A stretch of 64,000 nucleotides of DNA, from NCBI GenBank assembly GCA_046563655.1, contig CM102285.1:1984001-2048000 (forward strand). The letters run 5' to 3'. Below are positions 12,986 to 25,200 of this stretch, piece after piece. The position numbers and the translations under genes are program-made. The notes beneath the pieces were generated by a model. That model was not told the DNA's origin, ran no database searches, and saw nothing but the letters and a program-made list of their open reading frames with translations. How positions within the stretch are numbered: position 1 is the first letter of the stretch; every line of letters begins with the position of its first letter. This DNA comes from Yuukianura sp. NJ FZ-2021. Taxonomy: Eukaryota.

Positions 12986-15256
12986 ATGGGTTTGTGCGCT
13001 GTGGTTGCCATATTTAAATTTTGTTACAACTTATTAGTATTTTACCCTAAAACTACAGTTCCAGATACACATTTCGACTCTCCAGTGGCAACTGCACAAG
13101 GAGTAAAAGACATTGTTATTGACAGAACGCAGTACGTTACCACTAAATTTGCAGAACATGAACCTTGTTTTGCAGCAATTTTTGTTTTAGCAAGGGAAGA
13201 AACATTTGAACCACGATCGGATGCAACGTCAGCAATGTCGTATTTTGAGGGTTATAATGTGCGTTATGGCGAAAACATACGAAATAGGAGGCCAAGAGTT
13301 CTGCCAGACGCTCAGTTGCAATCACCGTTGAAGTACTTGAATCACCCGATTGGATATATTTACTTGGTTTTTGTGTATCCTCAAGGGGCTCGCCCAACGG
13401 CAACGAATCAACCTGATATGACCCGGTTCATAAATACAAGAGCAGTGGCCATCACATACTTTGTGGGTTCGAATCCTGCCGACCTTAAAATTTGTCTTCA
13501 AGTTGCTTACTTGGACTCGGTTCCATTTTGGAGAAAAGTTTGGCCTTCATGTACAAAAGAGGATCCAGTTGGAGAGGTTTCTGCACCATACTTACCAGTC
13601 AGCATTTCTTTGCCAACTGACGGTAATGTTATTACAGAACACACACTGAGAAGCCAAACTATGAAACTACTGATTGCATATTGGAAAAATTCAACTTACA
13701 AATTCTTGTCGGATCATACATGCGAAGGTCTCACAAAGTTCGCACAAGATTTAGAAAAGGAAAACAATGCTAACAAATTCGACTGGTACAAGCGCATGCG
13801 TGTCGTCATTTTGAAAAAATATTTGGGTTCGTTTGTAACAGCCGAAAAATACAAGAATTGGTCGTTCTGTCCTATAGAAATCTTACCAAAACACTCCCTT
13901 GTTATGTTTGGAGCAAGTTTGGCCATATCCGACTACAGAATGTTCTATGAACGCAGGCCAACTCTGCGAGGAGGCTGTATGTGGCAATTAGTGGTTTTGC
14001 AGGGGTCGACGGGTAATGCCTTTGGGTTTTTAGGTTGTGTGAATTTGAAAGACGGAACAAATTTTTCCGCGTACGTGAAGCCATTTGACTCCACTTTGTG
14101 GATTGGACTAGGCACGTTTGTTTTTCTTTGCATTTTGTTGGGTAAAATTGGTTTGAAACTATTTGAGCTCAAGGATTCATTGTTCATGATTTTTGTTACG
14201 TTGGCTTTGGAACAGGGAACACCAATTTCAGAAAAGTTGAGAAAGGCACTTGCTTTTACTTTTTTGTTCATGACGACTCAGTACATTTTCATAATTTTTA
14301 CCAACGGTTACAAAAGTTTTGTGATTACGAACATGTTGGCACCAATCCCGCCTCCAGAAATGAAAACTTTTGAGGAAGGCGTGGCTGCAAACTTGTCGCT
14401 GATTCCATCCGAGTTTTATATTAGCAAAAATCATGAAGATAGATTCACGAAACCAGTGAAAAACAAGTCAATGGTAACGTGGCTATTTTTGTCGAATTTC
14501 CTTCAGGAGACGGAATTGTGCAACTTTCTTTCAGAAAATGTTATCAGGCCTGAGAATTTAAAAGGCTTTAATAGTTTTGAGTTTGACGACAAAATTCGAT
14601 CACAGAAATTTACACTAAAAGAAATGTGTATTGATCATAACAAGCTGGTTGGTTGGAAGGCTCAAGTTGTCAATAGCGTTACATTACCACCGGGATTTCC
14701 CAATGCGACTGCAGAGGAGCAATTTCTGAAGTGTCAAGGTCAGTTGTTGGTTGTTAAAGAAGCAAGTATGGCTGAAAAAAGAGTGCAGTTATATAATTAT
14801 AACGGAACCACTGGGTTGCACATTTATCAAAGCAACAACAAAGATGATGAAGGTGTTTTACGAGGTGAAAATAACGATTACTTGTTTACATTTAACGACA
14901 TCTATGTTTTGGACTACTTAAAACTTAGGGTAACAGCACTGGCAAGCAATGGGTTCCTAAATCACTGGGAAAAGACATTGAATTGGACAAACAACCTCAA
15001 ATTTATAAAACAGGAACAACAATTTTTGTCTAGCGAAAAAAATATTTTAAAGGAAAGTGAATTTTTGATCCTGGCGAAGATGCGATCCATTTTTGCAATT
15101 GGTGCTGCTGGAATTGCAATTTCAATTTTCGTGTTTATGTTCGAGCAATTAAAGACGTTTTTTGTAAAGTACTATCAGCCAATTTATAGAATTTGGTGCC
15201 CTATTAGGACATGTGAAATTGGAAGTTATTTCGAACTGATTATTATTCCTTATTAG
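12986..15256 (+). CDS. Divergent ionotropic receptor-like protein, copy 3 (single-exon, 756 aa)
   Basis: Full-length paralogue of the spliced IR-like genes, with KPFDSTLW, ALEQG, NGYKSFVITNM, SNGFLNHW and LAKMRSIF motifs. Confidence 0.8.
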   Translation: MGLCAVVAIFKFCYNLLVFYPKTTVPDTHFDSPVATAQGVKDIVIDRTQYVTTKFAEHEPCFAAIFVLAREETFEPRSDATSAMSYFEGYNVRYGENIRNRRPRVLPDAQLQSPLKYLNHPIGYIYLVFVYPQGARPTATNQPDMTRFINTRAVAITYFVGSNPADLKICLQVAYLDSVPFWRKVWPSCTKEDPVGEVSAPYLPVSISLPTDGNVITEHTLRSQTMKLLIAYWKNSTYKFLSDHTCEGLTKFAQDLEKENNANKFDWYKRMRVVILKKYLGSFVTAEKYKNWSFCPIEILPKHSLVMFGASLAISDYRMFYERRPTLRGGCMWQLVVLQGSTGNAFGFLGCVNLKDGTNFSAYVKPFDSTLWIGLGTFVFLCILLGKIGLKLFELKDSLFMIFVTLALEQGTPISEKLRKALAFTFLFMTTQYIFIIFTNGYKSFVITNMLAPIPPPEMKTFEEGVAANLSLIPSEFYISKNHEDRFTKPVKNKSMVTWLFLSNFLQETELCNFLSENVIRPENLKGFNSFEFDDKIRSQKFTLKEMCIDHNKLVGWKAQVVNSVTLPPGFPNATAEEQFLKCQGQLLVVKEASMAEKRVQLYNYNGTTGLHIYQSNNKDDEGVLRGENNDYLFTFNDIYVLDYLKLRVTALASNGFLNHWEKTLNWTNNLKFIKQEQQFLSSEKNILKESEFLILAKMRSIFAIGAAGIAISIFVFMFEQLKTFFVKYYQPIYRIWCPIRTCEIGSYFELIIIPY

Positions 15257-15925
15257 CTACGATTACAGCAGCATTAGTCTTAAAATTTCTTTAAAAAATT
15301 TTCTTAAATTACAATTAAGTTTTCAATGAAAAGTATTTCTAAACAAGTTTCGTTTCAATATTATTCCAAACAACCTGCAAATATAGTCACATCCGCATAA
15401 AATAAATTTCTTTTTACTAGCCGTCTTCATTAAGGATTCCTTATCAATTCACTAAAAGTGTAAAAATATTTAAAATTAAAAACTTAATAAATTAGTGATA
15501 GATTTAAGGATCACCAGAATTGCATGTTTACCTTTGCATTTAGAATTTAAACATCCATTCGTGCTTATGATATTGGTCCTCCTCCAGAAATATTGGATGT
15601 ATGATTTTCGAAAGGCGTGTCAGTACTTCTAGCATCACGCTATTTAAATAGTTTGGTGATCTTTTCGATGCAACAAAAGATTTTTGGAGCAAAAATAAGC
15701 ATACACTAGTAACTGGACACAACTCTTTTTTTTTATTTTGTCGAAATTTCTAATATTTAATTTGGTTTTCGTTATGTTTGCCATGTTGTTTGTTATGAAC
15801 AAATATATCTACAGTGGCGGAAGAAAGTTATCGAACAGCGGGAGCTAAGTAATATCTTTAGCGGAGGAATAGCTACAGACTTGTCCAATACGTCTAATTA
15901 ACGTGAAGCGCATTTGTGATTTTGT

Positions 15926-16404
15926 CATTTTATAAAAAAAAAAATTAAATTCAAATACACCCGGGTATCAGAAAACCCGGGTTTCAACGTTCAGCAGCAT
16001 ATAGTATTCTATTTACCTTGGTTCATGAGGTGAATACTTTTTTCGGATGTTTCAAATTTTTTTAAACATCTATTTAAAATTTTAAGAATTTTGAGCTATT
16101 AACCGGTTCTGAATTCTTATCCAATCAACTGTTATGATTTTTCAAAAATTTGATTTTGGGGAGGTTTTTATGAGACAAACTATGCTATTCCATAAAAACC
16201 TTCCCAAAATCAAATTTTTGAAGAATCATAACTTTTGATTGAATAGGAATTCTGAACCGGTGAATAGCTCAAAATTGTTCTCCTTTTAAGTGGATTTAAT
16301 AAAAATTTTGAAACATCCGAAAAAAAAAATCACCCGGGGAACGTCGAAACCTTGGTTTTTGATACCCGGGTGTATCTGAATTTCAATTTTTTTTTTAGAA
16401 AATG
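15926..16404. mobile_element. Foldback/MITE-like near-palindromic element
   Basis: TACACCCGGGTATCA...CATAAAAACC arms are mirrored across an ~18-nt centre near 16175-16190. Confidence 0.75.
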
Positions 16405-16528
16405 TATGCACGTTATTATTCTATAACGGTGTATTATACTATACTAAACAGCATATCATACTTTCTATGATAATTCTTTGTTCTGATCTCATTTTATTAA
16501 TTCTCTTAACCTAAAACTAACTAAAGCT

Positions 16529-19500
16529 CTAATATTCCTTTTTTATATTTAGAGTCTGTACATTTAACTTTTGCAAATGAAAGTCTTTTGGAAGACTAGC
16601 AAAAAGTTTATACAATTTAGGATTAAATTTGCTGTACAGGTTAAGGACTCTAAGTTTCTTTCTGCACCAGCTATTACAATTGCGAAACAATAAACTGTAT
16701 TTCCACTGTGGATTATACGTATCCACCCAAATATTTTTCAATAACTTCATCCCCTTATGAGGATGTACTTCAAATTGCTTCCCAAAAAATTTTTTAATTA
16801 TGGCTTCATAGTTTACCTTACCTCTATAAGGTTCACATCTGATATATATGTTATTTTCTCTATCTCGTGTTAATTCTGCTCTAATAACAAAGTGACCTCC
16901 GTGTAAAATTCCTTCAATAATTAACGCTGAATGTTGTCCCATTGAAGTACATACTGTTCTACTCATCAGTTTAAATTTATTCTTTTTAGCAATAACTGTC
17001 ACAATCCACTTTTTAGTCAAATCGACTTGTTGTTCATTTTCGGAAGTTACCAAGATGGAATGTTGGTATTCTGTTACCGGCAGAAACAAATTACAAAATG
17101 GGCGATACGCTCTGCCCACCGAAGGAGAACCAAGTGAACCATGAAATTTTAGGAGTGACAAGTTTGAACTGTTTATAAATCGTGAATATGATATGTCAAC
17201 TCCTTTCAATGAGAGTGTTGAACTCGAATTTTGACCATTATCAACCTTCCAATCTTTGAATTTACTAAATTTCCCTGTTTCGAAACATTTCCTCAGAGAT
17301 TCTGAGTTCACAGTAAGACGACTTAAATTTGCAGTTTCAGAGCTCACTACAATATGCATTTGTTTAGGAATAGTTTCAACAATTTGAAGTTTAGACACAG
17401 ATTGGAATCCTTGAAACACAAACACAGTTTTTAGTTGGATCGAATCTAAAATGTGTATGTCTCCATTAGGAAACTGAGCTACAATCCAACCTAGTTTTGT
17501 ACACGACGTCATTTGGGCTGGGATTCCAGTCTCTGACTTTTCGCTATATTCTACAACATGTGTGCAATAGAAGAACTCGGAATCGCAGTAACCTTGGAGA
17601 ATTTGGTAACTTTGGGGAACAGTATGCAAGTTCGACTTTTGCGGAAATGTTTTGGAATATTTGATCGTGAGTGTAGTGTAAGTTTTTTCATTAAGATTCC
17701 AAACCCCAATTTCATTCCTAAAATCGGGATTATAAACGTATGAAATATTTTCAATATTCGGGTCGAAAGAAAAAAATGGCAATATAAACTTTGCCTCAAA
17801 AGATAGGTCGAAAGTGAGTTCTAAGAAACTTTCTTCACCAGAACAACTTTCCGTTACACTGTAGCAAGTAAGTTGTTGTTTATTTTGAAAAACAATTTTT
17901 TGGTAATGCTGAAACATGTAGAAACTGCATGATAAGCCTGTAGTATATTCGGTTAAATTCTGATTTTTAATTGGAACAAATTTTTTTGTTTTAGCATTAT
18001 ATCCTATTAGTCTATGTTCTTCTGGAGCAGGTCTATTTGAAATTGAAATATAAAGGATCAGAATATTATTTGGAGTTATTAGAACTGAATCACAAGCAGT
18101 TCGACCCAATGCACCAACTTTATCCCGAAGGTGAAAAGAACTCGAACATTTTTTTCTTAATGTACCATTATGCGAATAATAAAAATTTAAAAAATACGCT
18201 CGACTCGTATCAAACTCATCAGTATTGAGACGAACACTTAAAAGACCATTTTCTGAAATGAAGGTTCTAGTTGGACTTGTTTGAACCGTCATTTCCTTCG
18301 TATGGGTTTTAAATGGGTTTAAACGTTCAAAACGCAATGAATTTTTGAGAACATACATCAAGTACGTTATGCAGGCACTCTTGTTATGTTCTGTATTGCC
18401 TTTTAATGAGATGAGCGTAGCTGGTGCGCCATAATTTATGAGTGCCGTTTGTACCAACTGTTCAGTATTTACGTTGTACACTTCGACGGACGTTTTTAAA
18501 TTTCTGCCAATGAAATTAAAGTCTTCAGAAATAAAACATTGATGATTTATTCCTTCGAAGATGTTGTGAGAAGATTCCCATTTCAGTTTATACTCTTGCA
18601 AAAGTGGAATTATTTGGGCAAAAAACAAAATTTGCTTAGAAGGAGATTGTTCTAAAAATTGAAGCTGCCAGTGCGAACCATTCGGGTTTCTCAATACACA
18701 GATAAATTTATTGTTTTTTAAATCGAACAAGTAAATCGCGCTTTTATCTAAGAAAGACAAATGTGACTTTCCATTGTAAAATATTCCAGAAAAGGACATA
18801 GTGTCATCGAATGTATTTTCCAGTTCTATTTCCATGTTACTAGAAACAAATTGCCAAAACAATTCGAAACAAAAACATTCTTCGTTCCACAAAATCGGTT
18901 TGTCATTATGTAACATTGAAATACGTAAAACTTTTTTCGACCCAACATCACCTCCAAAGTCATTGTAGTGAAAACGGATAGAAACGAGAATTTTAAATCG
19001 TCCAAACGCAAACCAAAAATATTTTTTGGAACACATATCTGAAGCTCCTCTATAAACTCTGAATGTTTTTTCCTCAACAAAAAACGCGTTAGTTTCATTT
19101 GGGAAAAACAGAATATATTTTTGTGCATAACCAAATTGGCTAGAATAATTCAATAGAAAATCTAAACACAAAGTACTCGGATCTAGCGCACCACAACCTA
19201 CAAGTGAGTCTCCCTTGAATACGTACCAAGAATGAAGAACAAGATCAGGAAACAACCTTCCTTCTGAAGCAAACGTCAAACTGTATACAAAATTTAGCAG
19301 CAGTATACTACCTGTGTTTTCAGTAAAGAAAAAAGAATGATCGTCATCTTCCATTAATTTTTCCAAAAAAGTTGATTTAGATTCTATTAATTCAAAATTC
19401 CCTTGAAACTTGTACCTTTTTACGTACAGATCAGTTACATCCGAATCGTCACTTCGTTCTTCATAGCATACGATAACGTGACAAAAAGTATCAACCGAGT

Positions 19501-21600
19501 AAGCCAACATAGCATACACAAAATATTGATTGGAAGATCCAAGACTTTGTGGAGGAATTTCTCCAAACGAACAATTTGAAAAATTTACACCTTGAAATTT
19601 ACACCCTTGGAACCATCCCTGACTCAAAGTCGCATTTTCAAAATTTGCGCCACTGAAATCACTGTTTCCGCAAATTGGATTTGTGAAGTGTGCTCCAGGG
19701 ACTTGAATATTTTGAAAATTATCATCCTCGTTGTTTTTTCCAGAAAAAGTGTAACCGCTTAAATTTAGAATTGTCAAAGCATTTGAAGCCATTTGCTCAA
19801 TTCCAGGAAGAGTAGCTGACTTTTTAATAGTTTTTAACAAAATATCTTGAAATTTTTCGTCTGTTTTGGCTCTGCCAACAAGCATAGACAAAACACCAAC
19901 GAAATCAGGATCGTTTATATCTTTTTGATTAATTGGAAAGTAAACCGCATCTCTTCTTCTATTCCAATTGGAATAATAATTTAGTACACCTCGAAGGCTT
20001 ACAAAAACTTCTCTGCTCAAAAAATATTCAAACAGAGACAAATGAAAAAATTCAAATGCGTAACAACCTGAATTGTAACGAAGCAGACAAGAATCCCGTA
20101 AAAATTTCAAATTTTTCTTTCTTTCCTCGTCCTCATCGTTTTCATTTTGCGGAAAAAGTATTCTTTCTAGTTTTATATTTTCCTCTCTTTTAAACTTTTT
20201 TGAGTAAGGACTCCACGGAGTCCAAAGATTCCAAAACAAAGTTTCCCCCTGTAAGATCTCACCGTTTGTCACATTTCCCTTGTTGAGCCAAGCACAACGC
20301 ATGGCCAAATTCTGTGCATAACCAACCATATAATGACGCAGAACATGTCGACTATCATAAAGAGCATGACTATGTCCAGTTGGTTCCATTCGTTCAATTT
20401 GGTATTTGAACCAAGCTCGAGTAAATTTGTCATACAAAAGAACCTCCGTTCGACAAATTTCTTCTAGTTTTTGCACAAAGTCGTCATCTACATCTCTTTC
20501 CTCAGTAGCTTTCCTCTCGGATTCTACTAGTTTTGGCAACAGTTGACAAATTGTTGTCAAAATGAAAACATTTTGTGCCAATCCTTGCAATTCTGGAAGT
20601 CTGTCTAAAAACCAATACTTGTATTCTGAATCCTCCTTTGCAGATTCCCATTTGGGATGATCCTTTGTAGTAGACTTGGTCATCATCCAGCCGTCATTGA
20701 CCTTCGAATCATACTTAATTGAGTGTAGAAATAGTGGTACTTGGCTAATATACTTCTCTACAATACTTCCCATTATTGGGGATATAAAATAAATAGATTC
20801 CTGTTTCTTTGAAAATCCAAATATTTTTGAAATGTCAACATCAACAAATGCATTCGGTCGACAAAAGACGATTGTCCGGACATGCGTAAATTCTTTAGTC
20901 TTCCACTTGTTTTCTTCCCACAAATTTGACTTGACTTTAAGTTCATCGTATCCATCCAAAATTAATATGAGTTCGCATTTGCATAAATCGAAATACAAGT
21001 TCTGCAATTCCCCGTCTTGAATTTTTGTTGGAAAGTGATTTCTATGGTTCATTATATAACTAAACAAAATGTCCGACCTGAAACTACTGAACGCTTGAAC
21101 TCTCTGCTGACTGATCATACTTTCAATTCGCCCCAGTGGAATGTAAATGGGGATTTTGTTTTGGAATTCTGGTTTTTTAGAGTCGTACAGTTGCTGTGCT
21201 AATTTGAGGGCTAACCAAGATTTCCCAGTTCCAGAATCTCCAAGCACCAGTGTTGACAATGGACCATTTGAATTTGAAATATCTTCCAGAATCGTCTCTT
21301 CCAAGTCGGTAGCCGTGGAAACGCATCCCGGTTTCGCCAGCTCCGTCTGCAGTTGAATATGAAGTCCATGACGCTGTTGAAGCTCCAGTCGCTTTGAGTA
21401 GTACTCTGCTTCAAATAAATTTTTAAACATCGCCTTCATATCTTCAAGAGAATCCCTTCCCTGCAAGAATTCAATAAAATCCGATTTCTAACTTCTAACC
21501 TGAGTCAGAAAATTTGTGCCGACCTTTTATAAAATTTTGTACAAACAGATTTTGTGAAAATTCTGTTTTTTACCAAAGAATTTTTGCGTGATGCAGCCAT
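16529..21600 (-). CDS. STAND/NACHT NTPase 1 with pentapeptide repeats, variable beta-rich region and C-terminal peptidase-like domain (exons 21574-21600, 16529-21460; ~1652 aa)
   Basis: Walker A GDSGTGKS, Walker B LILILDGYDE, winged-helix FFHLSLFEYF, pentapeptide SDFSGANFENATLSQGWFQG, C-terminal QHSALII...YSLLFRNCNSWC. The 9-codon first exon ATGGCTGCATCA...TTG|GTAAAA splices in frame. Confidence 0.85.
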
Positions 21601-22205
21601 TTGGTCGCTTGAAAATCCTCCTTATCTTGAAAATCAAAATCAAACTGGATGTTATTCGAGAATTTTAAGAATTAGATTTTGTGAGGCTCGAAAGTTGAAG
21701 GTTGAATGCAGATAAAATTATTTTAAATATATTAAACCTGTTTTTAGTGTATAGTTTTAGTCGACCAACAACGTAAGTTTGAAAATGGGAAGTGAAATGG
21801 CTAATGTGAAAATTCTTGGGCGTGGTGTCGAAAACTGTGAAAGATAAAACTCAAGTGCTTTTAACAGTTCTGCTGTACAAATACAAACAATGCATACACT
21901 AGATAATAGAATAAGTCAGTCTGTACTCTGCCAGAAGAAATTCCAAAATGTATGTAGCAAATTCCCAATTTAGCGAATTTGTGTATCAAATTCATTATAG
22001 ATATCAATTGAGATCAAAATACGGAAATAAATCTTGTATTGTTTCACGTTTTATTTCAAATCTAATTGTTAATATTCCCTATGCTTTGTTGTTCAAATAT
22101 CTACGCTACAATTATTCTACACGGGTATTATATATTAAATAATATAGTACAGGTTATAATTGTTTACTTTATTTTATTAATTATCATATCTTATTTATTT
22201 ATTCT

Positions 22206-25200
22206 TTAACTACTACAATTTCGACTTCTGTTTTTAACTCTATACTTTCGCAACTCAAAGTCAGCAGGAAGGCTAGCGAAAAGTCTATACAATTTAGTAT
22301 TAAATTTGGTTTCAAGGTTCAGGATTTTGAGTTTCTTTTTACACCAACTATTACAATTATGAAACAGTAAATTGTATTTCCACTGTGGGTTATACGTATC
22401 TACCCAAATGTTTTTCAATAATTTCATTCCCCTGTGAGGATGTACTTCAAATTGCTTTCCAAAATAATTTTTAATAATTTCTTCATACTTTAATTTTCCA
22501 CTACATCGTACACAGTCGATATATACGTTATTTTCACTGTTTTGTTTTAAGTCTGCCCTAATAACAAAGTGACCTCCGTGTAAAATTCCTTCAATAATCA
22601 ATGTTGAATGTCGTGCCATTGAAGTATACACTGTTTTACTCATCAACTTGAACTTATTCTTTTTAGCAATAACTGTTACTGTCCACTTTTTAGTCAAGTC
22701 AATTGGTTGTTCATTGTCAGAACTTACTAAGATGGAGTGTTGGTAGTCTGTTACCGGTAGAAACAAATTGCAAAACTTGCGATATGCTCTGCCCACTGAC
22801 GGAGAGCCAAGTGAACCATGAAATTTCAATAGTGACAGATTTTTTTTGTCCATTAATCGTGAATATGATATGTCAACTCCTTTCAACGAGAGTGTTGAAC
22901 TTGAACTTTGACCATTATCTACTTTCCAGTCCTTGAATTTACCTAGTTTCCCTTTCTTGAAACATTTTCTTAGAGATTCTGAGTTTACAGTAAGACAACT
23001 CGAATTTGCAGTTGTGTCAGAGCATACTACAATATGGACGTGTTCAGGAACAGTTTCAACAAGTTTAAGCTCAGACACAATTTGGAATCCACGAAACATT
23101 AACAAACTATCCAATTCGATTGAATCTAAAATATTGATGTCTCCATTAGGAAACTGAACTACAATCCACCCTAGTCTTGTAGATGATACCACTTGGACTG
23201 GGGTGCGAGAGTCACTATATTTCATCGCATGTACGCAATAAAAAAAATCGTAATCGCAGTAACCTTGCAGAATATAGTCCCATCCGGGAACAGTGAGGAG
23301 GCAATACTTATGTTGCGGAAATTTCTTGCCGTACATGATCGTAAGTGGGGTGTAGGTTTTCTCATCAAGATCCCAAACTCCAATTTCATCTAAAATTTTA
23401 AAATCACTACGAAAATCGGGATCATAAACGTATGAAATATTTTCAATGTTTGGGTCAAAGCCAAAAGCTGGTGTAGAAAAACTTAACTCAAATGACTGAT
23501 CACAAGTTAGTTCCAAGCAAATTTCTTCATCAGGACACGTTTCAGCGACACTATAGCAAGTAAGCTGTCGTTTATTTAGAAAAACAAGTTTCTGGTAGCG
23601 TTGAAACTTGGCGATATCGGAATAGTAGTCCTTAGAAACTTCACCGAAAGTCGGAATATTCTTTATTTGAACGAATTTTTTAGTTTTAGTGTTATATCCC
23701 AATATTCTATTCAAAATTGGAAAATAATGGATCAGAATATGATTTGGAGTTATTAGAACTGAATCATAATTAGTTAAACCCAATGCACCGGAAGGTATAA
23801 TTTCATCCGGAAGGTGGAAACAACTCGAAGATGCTTTCCTTAATGTTCCATTATCAGCAGAATAAAAATTTAAAAAATACGCGCGAGTGGTGGAAAAATC
23901 ATCAGTATTGAGATGGACACTCAGAAGACCATCCTCTGAAATGAATTTTCTTATTGGAGTTGTTTGAAGTCTTACTTCTTTTGTATATGCTTTAAATGTG
24001 TGCAAACTTTCAAAATGCAATGACTTTTCATAAACATACAGCAAGTAGGTTTCGCAGCTACTTGTGCCATCTTCTGTGTCGTGTTGTGGACAGAAGAACG
24101 TGGCTGGTGTGCCATAATCTATTAGTGTAGTTTGTAATAACTGTTGGGTGTTAACGATGAACACTTGAACTGACGTCTTTAAAGTCCTACCAATAAAATT
24201 AAAGTTTTCTGAAATAAAACATTTTTTATTTACTCCATCAATGATGTTCTGAGCAGATTGCCATTTGAGCTTGTTCTCTTGCAGAAGGTAAATTATTTGG
24301 GCAAAGAACAAAATTTGCTTAATTGAAGACTTTTCTAAGAATTCAGCTCCCCAGTTCAGACCTTTTGGGTTTTTCAATCCACCAAAGAAAATGTGGTGTT
24401 TTATTTCGAAAAAGTAAATACTTCTTATACTTATGAAGGTTACTCGTGACCTTCCATCGTATAATACTACAGCAAAGCGCAAATCGTCAGGAAGATCATC
24501 CAAGAAACCCATGTCTTTCTTCTCTATTTTTATTACCTCATTTGAAACAATTTGCCAAAACAATTCAAAACAGAAACTTTCCTCATCATTCCATGTAATC
24601 GGTTTCTCGTCATGCAGCATTGAAATGTCTAAAACTTGATTTAAAGCTACTGCGGCTCCAGAACCAGAGTATTCAAAGCGGATGGAAACGAGAAGTTTAA
24701 ACCGCCCAAATCCAAACCCAAAAAATTTTATGCAACACACACAATCTGACGCTGTTCCATACCCTTCGAATGTTTGTTTTTCAACAAAAACTGAATTAAG
24801 TTCGTTTGGAAAAAATACAATATATTTTTGTTCAAAGTCAAACTGGTTACTATAATTCAACAGAAAGTCTAAAGACAAATTACTCGAATCGAATGTACCA
24901 CAATCTACAAGCGAGTCGGCTTTGAATTCGTACCAAGATTGAAGAACACAAGCAGGAAACAATTGTCCGTCTGACACAAGCGTAGAAGTAGATACAAAAT
25001 TGAGTAAAATTGCACTACCTGTGTGTTCGATAAGGAAAAAAGAGTGACCGTCATCTTCATGTAATGTTGTTAAAAATGTTGCTTTGGATTCTATTAATTC
25101 AAAATTCTTTTGAAACTTGTAACTTTTCACGTACAGATTAACTACATCCGAAATTGAAGTCCGTTCTGTGTAGCAAATGACAACTTGACAAAAATTGTCA

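Noticed and set aside
15540-15722. Shared NSVMLE between ORFs at 15540-15722 and 27881-28078
   Set aside because: The similarity is too short and the flanks do not align convincingly; a gene cannot be supported.
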